DNA of 64,000 nucleotides from a virus. Each line of letters opens with the position of its first letter. Within the stretch, counting starts at the first letter, position 1. The stretch spans positions 30,059 through 94,058 of the IMG/VR virus record IMGVR_UViG_3300045391_002864; one strand, given 5' to 3'. The position numbers and the translations under genes are program-made. The notes under the pieces were generated by a model that was not told the origin of the DNA, searched no databases, and saw nothing but the letters and a program-made list of their open reading frames with translations. Positions 54,717-64,000 of this stretch are shown piece after piece.

Positions 54717-55409
54717 ATGAGTGGCCAATCTTTCCGCACCATCCCTGTTCCGAACCTTATGCCTGCGGTTTACGGGATAGCGATTCAGCGCGGCGCGCTG
54801 CCATACATCATGTTCAATTTTCCACTGACGCCGACATCGATCCGCAAGGAATTTCCATCGATGTCGAACGTCTATAACGTCGCTGGACCGTCCTCGCAGC
54901 AAGGCGTTCAGCGCGTAGCCGACCTCTACGGCATTGCACCTCCGGACTACATCATCGAGGGGACGACGGGCTGGCAGCGGCACTTGTCCGATGGCTATAC
55001 GCTGACCGGCCTGGAGGCGATTCAGACCCTTGAATCCATCCTGAAGCAATATGCTAACCTGAATGCGCTTGCAGCACAGCAGAACACGCAGCCGTACGAC
55101 CTAGAGTTCTTCGACTATTTCAGCAACAGCTTTTGGGCCGTGGTCCCGGTCGGCCCGCAGGGCTTCTATCAGGATGCATCGAAGCCGCTTCTGACGAACT
55201 ATCGCTTCCGCCTGTCCGCGACGCGCCCTCTCGATGGCCCCACGGTGGCGCTTGGCGAGGCGGACGCGCTGCTTCAGGTATTTGGAACGCCGGCCGTCCA
55301 GGCAGCAGCCAATGCGGTAACATCGATAGCTGGACTCGCGAACCTGTACGCGCCTGCCGTGCGGGCAACGGCTAGCGCCGCAGTATCTGCCGTGGAGACG
55401 ATTGTATGA
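54717..55409 (+). CDS. Baseplate/tail tube initiator-like protein
   Basis: F..PLTP.SI..., I.IEGTTG, PLL.NY.FRL; context. Confidence 0.6.
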   Translation: MSGQSFRTIPVPNLMPAVYGIAIQRGALPYIMFNFPLTPTSIRKEFPSMSNVYNVAGPSSQQGVQRVADLYGIAPPDYIIEGTTGWQRHLSDGYTLTGLEAIQTLESILKQYANLNALAAQQNTQPYDLEFFDYFSNSFWAVVPVGPQGFYQDASKPLLTNYRFRLSATRPLDGPTVALGEADALLQVFGTPAVQAAANAVTSIAGLANLYAPAVRATASAAVSAVETIV

Positions 55410-56875
55410 GCGGGACCATTAGCGGAAGCGGGTTCACCGGATACCCGAACCAAATTTTCCAAGTCTGCGCCCTCTCGCTGTCCTGGCTGCAGGAGCAGAT
55501 CACGTCGTCGTCACCGGCCGCCACCGCGCAGCAGACAATTAACGTGTTCGACACTCTGCGATACGCGCAGCAGATCATCGCCGCATGGCAAACGGCGAAC
55601 GCGTGGCAGACCGAGTTTACGCTGCTTCAACAGGTACAGGCTATGCCGCTGACGATCGACGCTACCGCTTCGGCGACGTTCATCGGCCGGATCAATGCTC
55701 TGACGTCAGCAATACCAGCTCTCAATGCGCTGCTGCCGATTCCGGCCCTTAGTACGGTCGTGCCAATGCTCCAGGCGGGCAACCTGCCGCTGGCATATCC
55801 CGGTATCCTCGAATTTTACATGGGGTTCGAGTACGAGACACCGCCTGTCGGCTATGCGACGGCGGACACCGCCGCCTATGCAGCACAGTCGGCCGCTGAC
55901 TGGGCCTCGATCGCCAACGCGGTCCTGACCTACCAGTCGTACGCCGGGCTGACACAAGCCTATGATGAGGCGGCGAGAAGCGGCGCCGCGATGAACGAGA
56001 TTTCGTCGACCATCAATGCGCTTGCCGAAACGCCGTTCATGTCGACTTTCGCCGATGTTCCGGCAGCTGATGCAGCGTATATCTGGAACCAGAATGTGAC
56101 GGTCCCGGCGCTGCTTTTCAGCGCGTCGTCGATCTACGGCGCGCCATCCACGTATTTTAATCAGATGTGCGGTGTCATCCGCTATGTACTCGGCGTCGCG
56201 ATTAGCTCGCTCGCCCTGTATATCATGTCTCTGCGCCAGCCGCAGTTTGGTCAGGCCAATACCGGCGTTCTGCTCGGCGGCGACAGCCTCATGGATTTCG
56301 CCGCACGCAATACGGGCAATTTCGAGCAGTGGACACAGATCGCCGCGCTGAACGGCCTCTCGGCGCCATGGGTCGGCCTGCCTAACAGCGAGCCGGGGGC
56401 GAACCTGCTCATCCCGACGACGACCGGGACCGCACCAGCGACGGGCCTTCCGACTCCGTCCTACGCAGAAAACGTGCTCGGCACGGACTGGAATTTCGGA
56501 CCGATGAAAACGGCGATTCAAGCGTGGACCGGCGACATTCCGACGATTTCGGGATCGTCGAATCTGCGCGCAGCGCTCTCGCGCCGGATCATGACCACGC
56601 TCGGGACGCTGATCTATCACTCGACGTACGGTAGCCGCCTGCCACCGATGGTCGGCGAGGTTCAAGACACCACGACAGCAAATCTCGTCACGGCTTTCGG
56701 CAAGTCCGCGATCCTTTCTGATCCACGAGTTCAAGCCGTGCTCTCTGCTTCTACGACGCTGAACAGTAATGGTTATGGCGTCGACGCCTTCCAGGCAGAC
56801 GTGCAGCCGATCGGCACGTCCGGACAGAGCAGCGTTGATGTTTCCGCCAACTTCATACTGGGGCCGGCAGCGTAG
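55406..56875 (+). CDS. Baseplate protein with LysM-like and gp25-like domains
   Basis: GDSL..FAAR..G....W..IAALNGL; NLR.AL.RR..T..G.L.YH..YGS.L, L.DPRV. Confidence 0.72.
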   Translation: MSGTISGSGFTGYPNQIFQVCALSLSWLQEQITSSSPAATAQQTINVFDTLRYAQQIIAAWQTANAWQTEFTLLQQVQAMPLTIDATASATFIGRINALTSAIPALNALLPIPALSTVVPMLQAGNLPLAYPGILEFYMGFEYETPPVGYATADTAAYAAQSAADWASIANAVLTYQSYAGLTQAYDEAARSGAAMNEISSTINALAETPFMSTFADVPAADAAYIWNQNVTVPALLFSASSIYGAPSTYFNQMCGVIRYVLGVAISSLALYIMSLRQPQFGQANTGVLLGGDSLMDFAARNTGNFEQWTQIAALNGLSAPWVGLPNSEPGANLLIPTTTGTAPATGLPTPSYAENVLGTDWNFGPMKTAIQAWTGDIPTISGSSNLRAALSRRIMTTLGTLIYHSTYGSRLPPMVGEVQDTTTANLVTAFGKSAILSDPRVQAVLSASTTLNSNGYGVDAFQADVQPIGTSGQSSVDVSANFILGPAA

Positions 56876-58047
56876 TGTCCGCATCGATCTCCTCGACTCT
56901 TCCAGCCGCCCCGACGACGCTCGATGTCGCACAGAGTATTCTTGCGAATATGCAGGCGATGTCCGGCGTTGCCACGGACTACAACATCGGATCGCAAATC
57001 CGGACAGCGGCGGAATCACAAGGCGCCGTCGTCGAGATGCAGTCCGTGGCCGCGCAGCAGCAGGCGTACTACGGCCTCACGTATGGCTCGATCAGTGCGT
57101 TCGGAATTACGCCACTTGGCCCGCAAGTCGCCGCAGGCTATGTTACATTCAGTACGACATCTTCCGGAACTCCGGTTCCCGCGACGCAGTCGATTACGAT
57201 CCCGCCCGGCACACTGCTTCAGACCGCTGGCGGCATTCAGTTCCAGACCTCAGTCGCCGCGACGCTTGTAGCGGGCTCGACATCGGTCACAGTGGCCGTC
57301 CAGGCAATCGTGGGCGGTACGACTGGCAATGTCGGTGCCGGCCAGATTACGCAGATTATCACGGGTCTCGGCTACGCGCTCTATGTCACGAACACGACCG
57401 CAACGTCTGGCGGCGCGGCGGCAGAGACGCCCTCTGCCACGCTCTCGCGCTTCGCCGCCGCCGTGGGCGCCCTAGGCCAGACATCGCCCTATGCTGTCGC
57501 GAACGCGGCGATTGGCGTTACCAATGGCGCGGAAGTGGTGAAATACGCCGCTTGCTTCGAGCCTTGGATTCTCTGTGGCGTCGCGAGCGGGCAGCTGGGG
57601 TTCACGCTCTATATCGATAATGGGACCGGCGGGGCTTCCGCGCAGCTGATCGCGAACGTGGTGACGAAGCTCACAGGCAATCAGAGTCAGGCAATGCCTG
57701 GTTATCGCCCGGTCGGCGTACCGTTCAGCGTTCAAGCTGTGACTCCGATCTATGCGAACGTGATGGTGACGGGCTCGTTGCTTCAGTACATCCAGTCCTC
57801 CGCTGTCGAAACAAACATCAGCGCCGCGATCTCGCAGTATTTTGCCCAGCAGGGCATTAACGGGTCCGCGTACCAAGCGAATCTTAGTGCATCTGTCGGG
57901 AATGCCGGCGAGGGGTATTTCACGGCGCTGACTGTCGGCCTCTACTTTGCATCTGGCGGATCGGCCGTGACCTCAATCACGGCCGGCTACGGGCAGCGCA
58001 TCATCCCGCAGACGATCACGCAAAATATCACGACCACGACGGCCTGA
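56875..58047 (+). CDS. Baseplate J-like wedge protein
   Basis: TDY..GS..RT, A.G.VTF, IP.GT, G..GNV..G.I, GG...ET, YRPVGV. Confidence 0.88.
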   Translation: MSASISSTLPAAPTTLDVAQSILANMQAMSGVATDYNIGSQIRTAAESQGAVVEMQSVAAQQQAYYGLTYGSISAFGITPLGPQVAAGYVTFSTTSSGTPVPATQSITIPPGTLLQTAGGIQFQTSVAATLVAGSTSVTVAVQAIVGGTTGNVGAGQITQIITGLGYALYVTNTTATSGGAAAETPSATLSRFAAAVGALGQTSPYAVANAAIGVTNGAEVVKYAACFEPWILCGVASGQLGFTLYIDNGTGGASAQLIANVVTKLTGNQSQAMPGYRPVGVPFSVQAVTPIYANVMVTGSLLQYIQSSAVETNISAAISQYFAQQGINGSAYQANLSASVGNAGEGYFTALTVGLYFASGGSAVTSITAGYGQRIIPQTITQNITTTTA

Positions 58048-58694
58048 TGAACCTAACCGAAGTCATTTCTCAGCTTAACGACCTTCCAGATACGTTCAAG
58101 CGTCCGGGTACGATCTACGCGCAATTGACTCAGTCGTTCGCGACGGGCCTGACGCGATACACGGACGCCACCGACGAGATCGGAAATGAGTCGACGAGCT
58201 TCAGCGAAGCCCGGTACGGCTGGCTCGACGTATGGGGTCTTCTGTTCGGCATCACACGCAATAGCGGAGAGGCTGACTATAGCTACAGCCTGCGCGTCGA
58301 GCAGGTTCTTATGGCTTGGGTCGGAACACTGCCTGCCATCGCGAACTGGGCCGAAGTCATCTACCAGACCACAGTCACGATAGCCGAGAATTTTCCTGCC
58401 CCCGGCTACGTGATTCAGCTTCCTGGCTCGCTGACGATCGCACAGGTAGATGCGTTTGTGGCGAGCCTAAACCGTATTCGTCCTGCCGGTGTCCCCTTTC
58501 AGGTCGGTATGCAGTCGAGTGGGCTGTACCTCGATACGATCAACTATTGCGGAGCCGCGCGCGTCACAGGTGCGTACCTGACGAACGCCCTCACTTATGT
58601 TCCTCTTGCTATAGGGCCGATCACCATAAACGCAGTACCTTTGCTTCCTAGCCTCTACCTGACTGATCCTACCCTCAACCCTTCGATGGCATAG
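58047..58694 (+). CDS. Baseplate wedge (tail protein I-like)
   Basis: A.YGWLD.WG..FGI.R..GE.D..Y..R, RPAG. Confidence 0.8.
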   Translation: MNLTEVISQLNDLPDTFKRPGTIYAQLTQSFATGLTRYTDATDEIGNESTSFSEARYGWLDVWGLLFGITRNSGEADYSYSLRVEQVLMAWVGTLPAIANWAEVIYQTTVTIAENFPAPGYVIQLPGSLTIAQVDAFVASLNRIRPAGVPFQVGMQSSGLYLDTINYCGAARVTGAYLTNALTYVPLAIGPITINAVPLLPSLYLTDPTLNPSMA

Positions 58695-58700
58695 ACTCGT

Positions 58701-60407
58701 ATGGATACTCCCAGCTTCGCAATCGGTCAGTACATTGACCAGAATGCATTGAACAGCGCCGGCTCTGTCCTATCGCAGTCGACTGCCACTGGCTTTTCGA
58801 ACTTGGTAGGGCAGGGGCTCATCAATTTCGACGGCGTCGAGTTCTCGGCCACGGATATGACCGTCGATATCAAGTTCCCGACTAATTTCGTCGCGGTGTT
58901 CAATAGCAGCACCGCCCTCGGACTTAGCTGTGCGCACGGCACGACGCCCGGCTCTGACACACAGGAATACAGTGTAGACCTTGCGTCCTATGTGCCAACG
59001 ACCGGGTCACAGACGGTCTATATCTACGCGACGTATTTCGCGCTTGGTATGGCGCCACAGGTCAATCCAGGTCCGCCTATTGGCCATCCGGACTGGAGCC
59101 CAAACTACCGGCCTACTTCATCCTACACCTACTATCGCGACAGCTTCAGCGTCAGCGCAGGTACGGAAATTCCGGAAGGCTCCCTTGAGCTTGCACGTAC
59201 GACGCTGACCGCAGGTCAGGCGACGGGCGTTGCGCTTGTCTACAACTTCATCGTTCCGGCAAGCGCCTTTAACACAGGCTTTGCTACCAGTTCGCAGATG
59301 AGCACCGCGAATTACGCCGCTCAGGTTGCCGACGCCGGATCGACGTTCTTCATCGAGACGACGGGCACCACGCAGACCCTGCCGGAGCCGATCACGATGC
59401 CCGGAAAGACGCTGTTCTACATTACCGCCTACGGTATCTCCGCCACGCTAACGACGGAATCTGGAACCTTCCAGGGCGGCGTTTACTCAAACGACACTTC
59501 GATCGTTCTGGCGAGCAGCAGCTTCGTTGGTGTCCAGTCCGACGGCGTGAACTGGAGGGTTATCACCAGCAGTCGGCCCGGTCTGACCGCCGGAGGGTCA
59601 TTTAGCGCAGCTGCAACTCTTTCGGTAGCGAATAGCGGCGCTCTGATTGAACTAGCCGCGACAACCGATGTCACGACAACCCTGCCCACCCCCGTTGGCA
59701 ATCCTGGACTGACGTTTTTCTTTCTTGCGATTGCCACCGCGCAAACTCTTGTGACACCGGCTGGCAACTTTTACGGCCCTTCCGGTAGCAATGAGGCGAC
59801 GCAACCAATCGTCGATGGTCCGCTTTACAAAGTCGTGTCAGATGGAAACAACTGGGTTGTCAGCGGAAATTATGCGGCGCTCAATGGCTCTGCGACTGAG
59901 GAGTTCGCAGCGTCACAAATTCAAACCTCTAGTGTGCAGAATCCTAATACTGCGGAGCCCCTTCTTCTTGAGTCGGATCAGTACGTAGCCGCCGTAAACA
60001 ACACTGATGGCAGCTATGTGCCGGTTCTCTGCTTGCCGAGCACTAACGCTAATTCAGCCGTTACGCTCGGCCAAATGTTACGGCCGATGGCTGCACAAGC
60101 ATACGCCGGAGGTAACGATAGTTCGACGTCCGTAACGGTTAGTTTTACCGCGCCCGGACCCGGCGTTCTTTTGGCGTGGGGCTCAAGAAACGTAGCAATC
60201 GCGAATGCGGCCGCTGGCGATTATGTAGCACTTTACATAAACGGTGCAGAGGTAGCGACCGACGACACCCAAACATCGACCTCGCATTTCGGCTGGCAGG
60301 CGACCGGCGGGGGCACGGTAACTGCGGAGTATAGCGGTCAATACGGGTACTCTTTTAGTCTATGGGTAATGCTTGTTTACATCCCGATCATTTCCTCCGC
60401 CACGTAG
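58701..60407 (+). CDS. Tail fibre protein
   Basis: Follows wedge genes; two TLP...SDG.NW repeats; AVTLGQ. Confidence 0.8.
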   Translation: MDTPSFAIGQYIDQNALNSAGSVLSQSTATGFSNLVGQGLINFDGVEFSATDMTVDIKFPTNFVAVFNSSTALGLSCAHGTTPGSDTQEYSVDLASYVPTTGSQTVYIYATYFALGMAPQVNPGPPIGHPDWSPNYRPTSSYTYYRDSFSVSAGTEIPEGSLELARTTLTAGQATGVALVYNFIVPASAFNTGFATSSQMSTANYAAQVADAGSTFFIETTGTTQTLPEPITMPGKTLFYITAYGISATLTTESGTFQGGVYSNDTSIVLASSSFVGVQSDGVNWRVITSSRPGLTAGGSFSAAATLSVANSGALIELAATTDVTTTLPTPVGNPGLTFFFLAIATAQTLVTPAGNFYGPSGSNEATQPIVDGPLYKVVSDGNNWVVSGNYAALNGSATEEFAASQIQTSSVQNPNTAEPLLLESDQYVAAVNNTDGSYVPVLCLPSTNANSAVTLGQMLRPMAAQAYAGGNDSSTSVTVSFTAPGPGVLLAWGSRNVAIANAAAGDYVALYINGAEVATDDTQTSTSHFGWQATGGGTVTAEYSGQYGYSFSLWVMLVYIPIISSAT

Positions 60408-60422
60408 CATGGTTCAGAAGTA

Positions 60423-60953
60423 ATGGCTCCTGCAATTCAGTATCTCGTTCTCAACTCATCTGGCACGGTCATCGGCGCCGGCGCGTCTCCAGACGGCACC
60501 CTGCCTCCGGCGACCTCGACGAGATCGTATGTTCTTTGCTCTGCCACAGAAGCACAAAACTGGAGCCTCTGCACAGTCTATGATGGCGTAGTGACGCAGG
60601 GTGCTCCGATGCCGCCGACCCTGGCGCAGCAGGCGGCGGCTCTCCTTGCCGGCGGCATCACGATCACGAGCACTCAGTACCCATCGCTGAACGGCACGTA
60701 CTCGACGGCGGCGGCAGCGCAGTCGAACGCTGCGTTCATTGCAGGTTACATCGCAAACTTTGGCAAGTTCCCAGGTGCATCGCCTTCCGCTGCACTGACG
60801 TACCTCGATGCGACGGGAAATCCGCACGTGTTCCCGACCACGGCCGAGTTCCTAGCATTCTATCAGGCGGCCGGCGACTTCGTGGCCGACTGCCAGACGA
60901 TTATCCTCACGAACTCGGGCACGCTGCCGCCGAACACTGCGGCAATCCCGTAG
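60423..60953 (+). CDS. Tail fibre assembly-like protein
   Basis: TLAQQA.A.L..G.TITST..PSLNGTY..VFPTTAEF shared with 48780-49301. Confidence 0.75.
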   Translation: MAPAIQYLVLNSSGTVIGAGASPDGTLPPATSTRSYVLCSATEAQNWSLCTVYDGVVTQGAPMPPTLAQQAAALLAGGITITSTQYPSLNGTYSTAAAAQSNAAFIAGYIANFGKFPGASPSAALTYLDATGNPHVFPTTAEFLAFYQAAGDFVADCQTIILTNSGTLPPNTAAIP

Positions 60954-61019
60954 CGCTATTGACAATGGCGCAACCGAAGGTACGCAAAAGTTAAGAGGCT
61001 CTAGACTGAGAGGATTGCC

Positions 61020-61289
61020 GTGGACCCGCGTACTGAATTTTCGACCATTGTCACAAGCGAACTGAAGCGCCGGAGCCTGAGTCAGAAGTGGCTTGCTGAG
61101 AAGATCGGCGTTTCCGAGCCGTACATGAGCCTTTTTCTGAAGGGCAAGCGTACGCCGCTGATGAAGCACTTCACGGCGATCAGTGCCGCTTTTGTGTTCA
61201 GCGGGTCGGAGCAGGCGGCGTTCGAGCGCGTTGCCGAGCGCATGCTGCGCCTGGAGCCCGTCGCTAAGGACAATGGCGCTAGCGCTTGA
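61020..61289 (+). CDS. XRE-family HTH repressor
   Basis: SQKWLAEKIGVSEPYMSLFLKGKRTP. Confidence 0.85.
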   Translation: MDPRTEFSTIVTSELKRRSLSQKWLAEKIGVSEPYMSLFLKGKRTPLMKHFTAISAAFVFSGSEQAAFERVAERMLRLEPVAKDNGASA

Positions 61290-61344
61290 CGGGCGCCTCT
61301 AAGGACAATAACGCTAAGGAACCTCCATATGAAAGGTTCCTATT

Positions 61345-62697
61345 TTGTCCAGAAAGCCAGGGTCCGTTGAACTCCGCGCCCGAGAGTTAGCCAAACAAGC
61401 GGGCGTCGACCCCGATAGCCGTATCGAGAAGTTCGGGAGCGAGCGGGGCATGCCGGCATGGTGCGCCTTCCGCGACGATGCGCAGCGCGAGATCACGCAC
61501 AACGAGATCACGAAAGCGGCCATGAACATTGCGGGCATGCGCGCCCAAGAGCCGCAGTATCAGAATAGCCCCTTGACTGTCCTCGGCGAGCACGAGGAAG
61601 CCACGATTCAGCAGATGAAAAACTGCATGAGCGTCGGCAACGTGGTCGGCGGCGTGATCTGCGCGGACGGCCACCTCGGGTATGCGCAGCCTGTCGGCGG
61701 CGTCACCGCGTACGAGCGCCAGATCAGCATCAGCGGCGTCGGCTTCGATATCGGCTGCGGCAACATGGCCGTGCGCCTGGATGTCCCGTACTCACGCATT
61801 GCGCCATGGACCGACGCTCTGCTCCACGACATTAAGCGCACGATCTCGTTCGGCATCGGGCGGGTGAACGACGAGCGGGCCGAACACGAGCTTTTCGACG
61901 ATGACGAGGCATGGCGTGCGGCCGACATGGAGGGCTATCGCAATAAGGCCCGCCAGCAACTGGGCACGGTCGGGTCCGGCAATCACTACGTCGACCTGAT
62001 GTACGACGAGGCCGGCTTCGTCTGGATCGGCGTGCATTTCGGCTCGCGCGGCCTCGGGCACACGACGGCGACGAAATACCTGAAGCTGGCCGGCGGCAAG
62101 GACGGCATGCACGTCCCTCCGGCGATCGTCGACGAGGACAGTGAACTCGGCCAGCGCTACATCGCAGCAATGGAGTTGGCAGGCCGCTACGCCTACGCCG
62201 GCAGGGAATGGGTCGTCGAGCGCGTGCGCCGGATGATCGGCGGCGCGGTGCAGGATACGGTCCATAACCACCACAATTACGCCTGGAGAGAGACGCACGG
62301 CGGGCGCAGCCTATGGGTTGTGCGCAAGGGCGCCACACCGGCCTTTCCCGGCCAGAGGGGCTTCGTAGGCGGCTCCATGGGCGATGACGCGGTCATCATC
62401 GAGGGTGTCGATAGCGAGCAGGCGAGGGCGGCCCTGCATTCGACCGTGCATGGCGCCGGCCGCACGTTCGGCCGCCAGGAGGCGAAGCGCCGCTTCACGC
62501 GCCAGGAGATGGACCAGTGGCTGCGCAAGCGCGGCGTGCGGCTGGCCGGCGGCGATCTCGACGAGAGCCCGATGGCTTATCGCCGCCTTCCCGACGTCCT
62601 CGCGCACCACACCGATAGCGTCAATGTCGTTCACACGCTGCGTCCGTTTGCGGTCGCGATGGCCGGCAGCGACGATTTCGACCCGTTCAAAGACTGA
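61345..62697 (+). CDS. rtcB: RtcB RNA ligase
   Basis: DGHLGY, GFDIGCG, LGTVGSGNHY, HFGSRG, HHNYA, VRKGAT, GSMG, HGAGR, DESP.AY. Confidence 0.95.
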   Translation: MSRKPGSVELRARELAKQAGVDPDSRIEKFGSERGMPAWCAFRDDAQREITHNEITKAAMNIAGMRAQEPQYQNSPLTVLGEHEEATIQQMKNCMSVGNVVGGVICADGHLGYAQPVGGVTAYERQISISGVGFDIGCGNMAVRLDVPYSRIAPWTDALLHDIKRTISFGIGRVNDERAEHELFDDDEAWRAADMEGYRNKARQQLGTVGSGNHYVDLMYDEAGFVWIGVHFGSRGLGHTTATKYLKLAGGKDGMHVPPAIVDEDSELGQRYIAAMELAGRYAYAGREWVVERVRRMIGGAVQDTVHNHHNYAWRETHGGRSLWVVRKGATPAFPGQRGFVGGSMGDDAVIIEGVDSEQARAALHSTVHGAGRTFGRQEAKRRFTRQEMDQWLRKRGVRLAGGDLDESPMAYRRLPDVLAHHTDSVNVVHTLRPFAVAMAGSDDFDPFKD

Positions 62698-62709
62698 GAG
62701 ATAGAGAAA

Positions 62710-63204
62710 ATGCGATCACTCACTGACGAGTATCTTGCCAACACCAGCAATGACGCACTTATCGGGCTTATCGAAGGTGCTGTGAGGTTTGGCGAAGTCT
62801 GCCTCGACGTGCGCACGCCTAGCGGCGAAAACATCCACATTGATCGCGCGTCGGCGCGCGCCATCCTTAAACGCGAGATAGCTTGGTTCAAGGAATATGA
62901 GCATGATGAGAGCGGTACAGACGAGGAGCACACCGTCGCCTACTGCCGAGAGAAGATTGCGCGATTCCAAGATGCGCTTGATGCAGGCGCCGATAGCTCT
63001 CTCCGCCTCTCAAACGAGACATCCGAGGCTTACTCCCGATGGGGCGAAGGCAAAGACTCAGACACTCGGGAATACTGGCTCAACGTCTACAAGGACTTGT
63101 TGCAGCGCGACCGCGAGCGGTGCGATGCGACTCTCCTAGCCGAAGAGGCAGATGGAGAGACAAAATTGCGGATGGCAGAGGCCCGCAAGAAAGCTGCCGC
63201 GTGA
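62710..63204 (+). CDS. Hypothetical protein
   Basis: ORF track. Confidence 0.65.
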   Translation: MRSLTDEYLANTSNDALIGLIEGAVRFGEVCLDVRTPSGENIHIDRASARAILKREIAWFKEYEHDESGTDEEHTVAYCREKIARFQDALDAGADSSLRLSNETSEAYSRWGEGKDSDTREYWLNVYKDLLQRDRERCDATLLAEEADGETKLRMAEARKKAAA

Positions 63205-63533
63205 CGAATCACGACGAGGCGTTCAAGGCGGCCACGGAGAAGAACCGGAACATGATGGTTCCGTGGTATCTCATGGCCGCCTGGGCCTATTACTGTGCGG
63301 ACGAGCCGATCATCACTGACGGCTCGTTCGACTTCCTGTGCTTCCGGCTCGACATTGAATGGGGTCAGATCGAGCACTGGCACAAGCATCTGGTCGATCG
63401 GGAGCAGCTACAGGCCGGCACATGTCTGAAGGCCGAAGGCGACTACCCGGAGATCATCAAAGGCGCGGCGCGCAGCCTTATGACTGGCTTGAAGCGGCCC
63501 GATAGCCTCGCCAAAAGGAGAGCGGATAAATGA
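63201..63533 (+). CDS. Stand-alone NAD-dependent ligase domain Ia-like protein
   Basis: AYY.ADEPIITD.SFD.L resembles LigA YY..D.P.ISD.EYD.L. Confidence 0.65.
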   Translation: MTNHDEAFKAATEKNRNMMVPWYLMAAWAYYCADEPIITDGSFDFLCFRLDIEWGQIEHWHKHLVDREQLQAGTCLKAEGDYPEIIKGAARSLMTGLKRPDSLAKRRADK

Positions 63534-63745
63534 GCCTTGAAGCGGAGAACGTACGACTGCGCGAGGCGTTAAAAATCTCATGGGAGCACGCCAAGGCTAT
63601 GCGGAACGCTAGCCGCGTTCAAGGTCCGCACGCAGACCGGAAAGACAATATTGTCTGGTCACGAGCCCTGTATCACGAAGGGAAAGACCTGATGTCGAAA
63701 CTCAAGACGTACCGCACTGATATGAAAGATGAGGATGTGGCATGA
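63530..63745 (+). CDS. Hypothetical protein
   Basis: ATGA coupling. Confidence 0.6.
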   Translation: MSLEAENVRLREALKISWEHAKAMRNASRVQGPHADRKDNIVWSRALYHEGKDLMSKLKTYRTDMKDEDVA

Positions 63746-64000
63746 CCCAGGATTACAGCGAGTTGTTGAAGCTCATAGATGGATTGGCGGCAATTACGAA
63801 ACAAAGGATTGCCCGAGAAGCAGCAGAAGCCATCCGCGCGCTTGTGGCGGAGAATGAGAGGTTGCGGCTGGCGTTGCGGCCGTTTTCCGCCTTTTCGGAT
63901 GCCAACTGGTACTTAACGGCTTGGCATCCTGTTCAAGAAGATTCGCAGATCATGGTGGATAATTCTGCTGGAATCGCGATTACGTATGGCGACCTATGCC
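63742..64000 (+). CDS. Hypothetical protein, runs off window edge
   Basis: ATG at 63742, open to end; REAAEAIRAL.AENERLR. Confidence 0.6.
   Translation, partial: MTQDYSELLKLIDGLAAITKQRIAREAAEAIRALVAENERLRLALRPFSAFSDANWYLTAWHPVQEDSQIMVDNSAGIAITYGDLC

Larger units (their letters stand above)
1..64000. mobile_element. Tailed phage/prophage genome segment (probable myovirus of Alphaproteobacteria)
   Basis: Portal, TerL, baseplate, tail fibre, phage replication module, dense small ORFs; no host housekeeping operons. Confidence 0.95.

Noticed and set aside
48780-60953. Mu Gin-like invertible tail-fibre segment between the two oppositely oriented fibre/chaperone pairs
   Set aside because: No inverted crossover sites found inside the fibre genes, and the intervening DNA holds core genes
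1-64000. Alternative genetic code, and the many antisense or overlapping ORFs in the track (e.g. 55706-57019, 40259-41272, 42094-42927)
   Set aside because: Standard code gives dense, coupled genes using all three stops; the long shadow ORFs are Arg/Ala-rich products of high GC with no motifs

Overview
The whole window is part of a GC-rich tailed dsDNA phage or prophage genome. Baseplate J/I, gp25-like and spike genes suggest a contractile-tailed myovirus, and GapR-like and GcrA-like genes suggest an alphaproteobacterial host. Layout: (1) 1-10.1 kb, minus strand: portal, terminase large subunit, a sigma70-type factor, extended GapR, a GT9 glycosyltransferase and a SLOG / Pol-beta nucleotidyltransferase / HD-hydrolase cluster, with a strongly structured ~290 nt ORF-free element at 7.3-7.6 kb. 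(2) 10.1-12.5 kb: strand switch with an HTH gene and a serine recombinase. (3) 12.5-35 kb, plus strand: dense small early/accessory genes, including a six-member paralog family, an inverted-repeat origin candidate at 17.5-17.8 kb, a displaced spike gene and nucleotide-metabolism genes. (4) 35-45.5 kb: replication module (primase-helicase, RuvC-like, SNF2, DUF2800, DUF2815 SSB, MTase, family A polymerase). (5) 45.5-52.5 kb, minus strand: lysis/accessory genes, including a Tad2 fusion and a fibre cassette bounded by direct repeats. (6) 52.6-61 kb: baseplate and tail fibre. (7) 61-64 kb: XRE repressor, RtcB and a stand-alone ligase Ia-like domain. About 25 copies of a 15-19 bp palindrome (TTAGYGACAWTGTCRCTAA) occur at promoters and gene junctions across the window. 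No capsid, sheath, tape measure, tRNA, rRNA or CRISPR array was seen. All family calls are from motif recognition by eye; no database searches were run.
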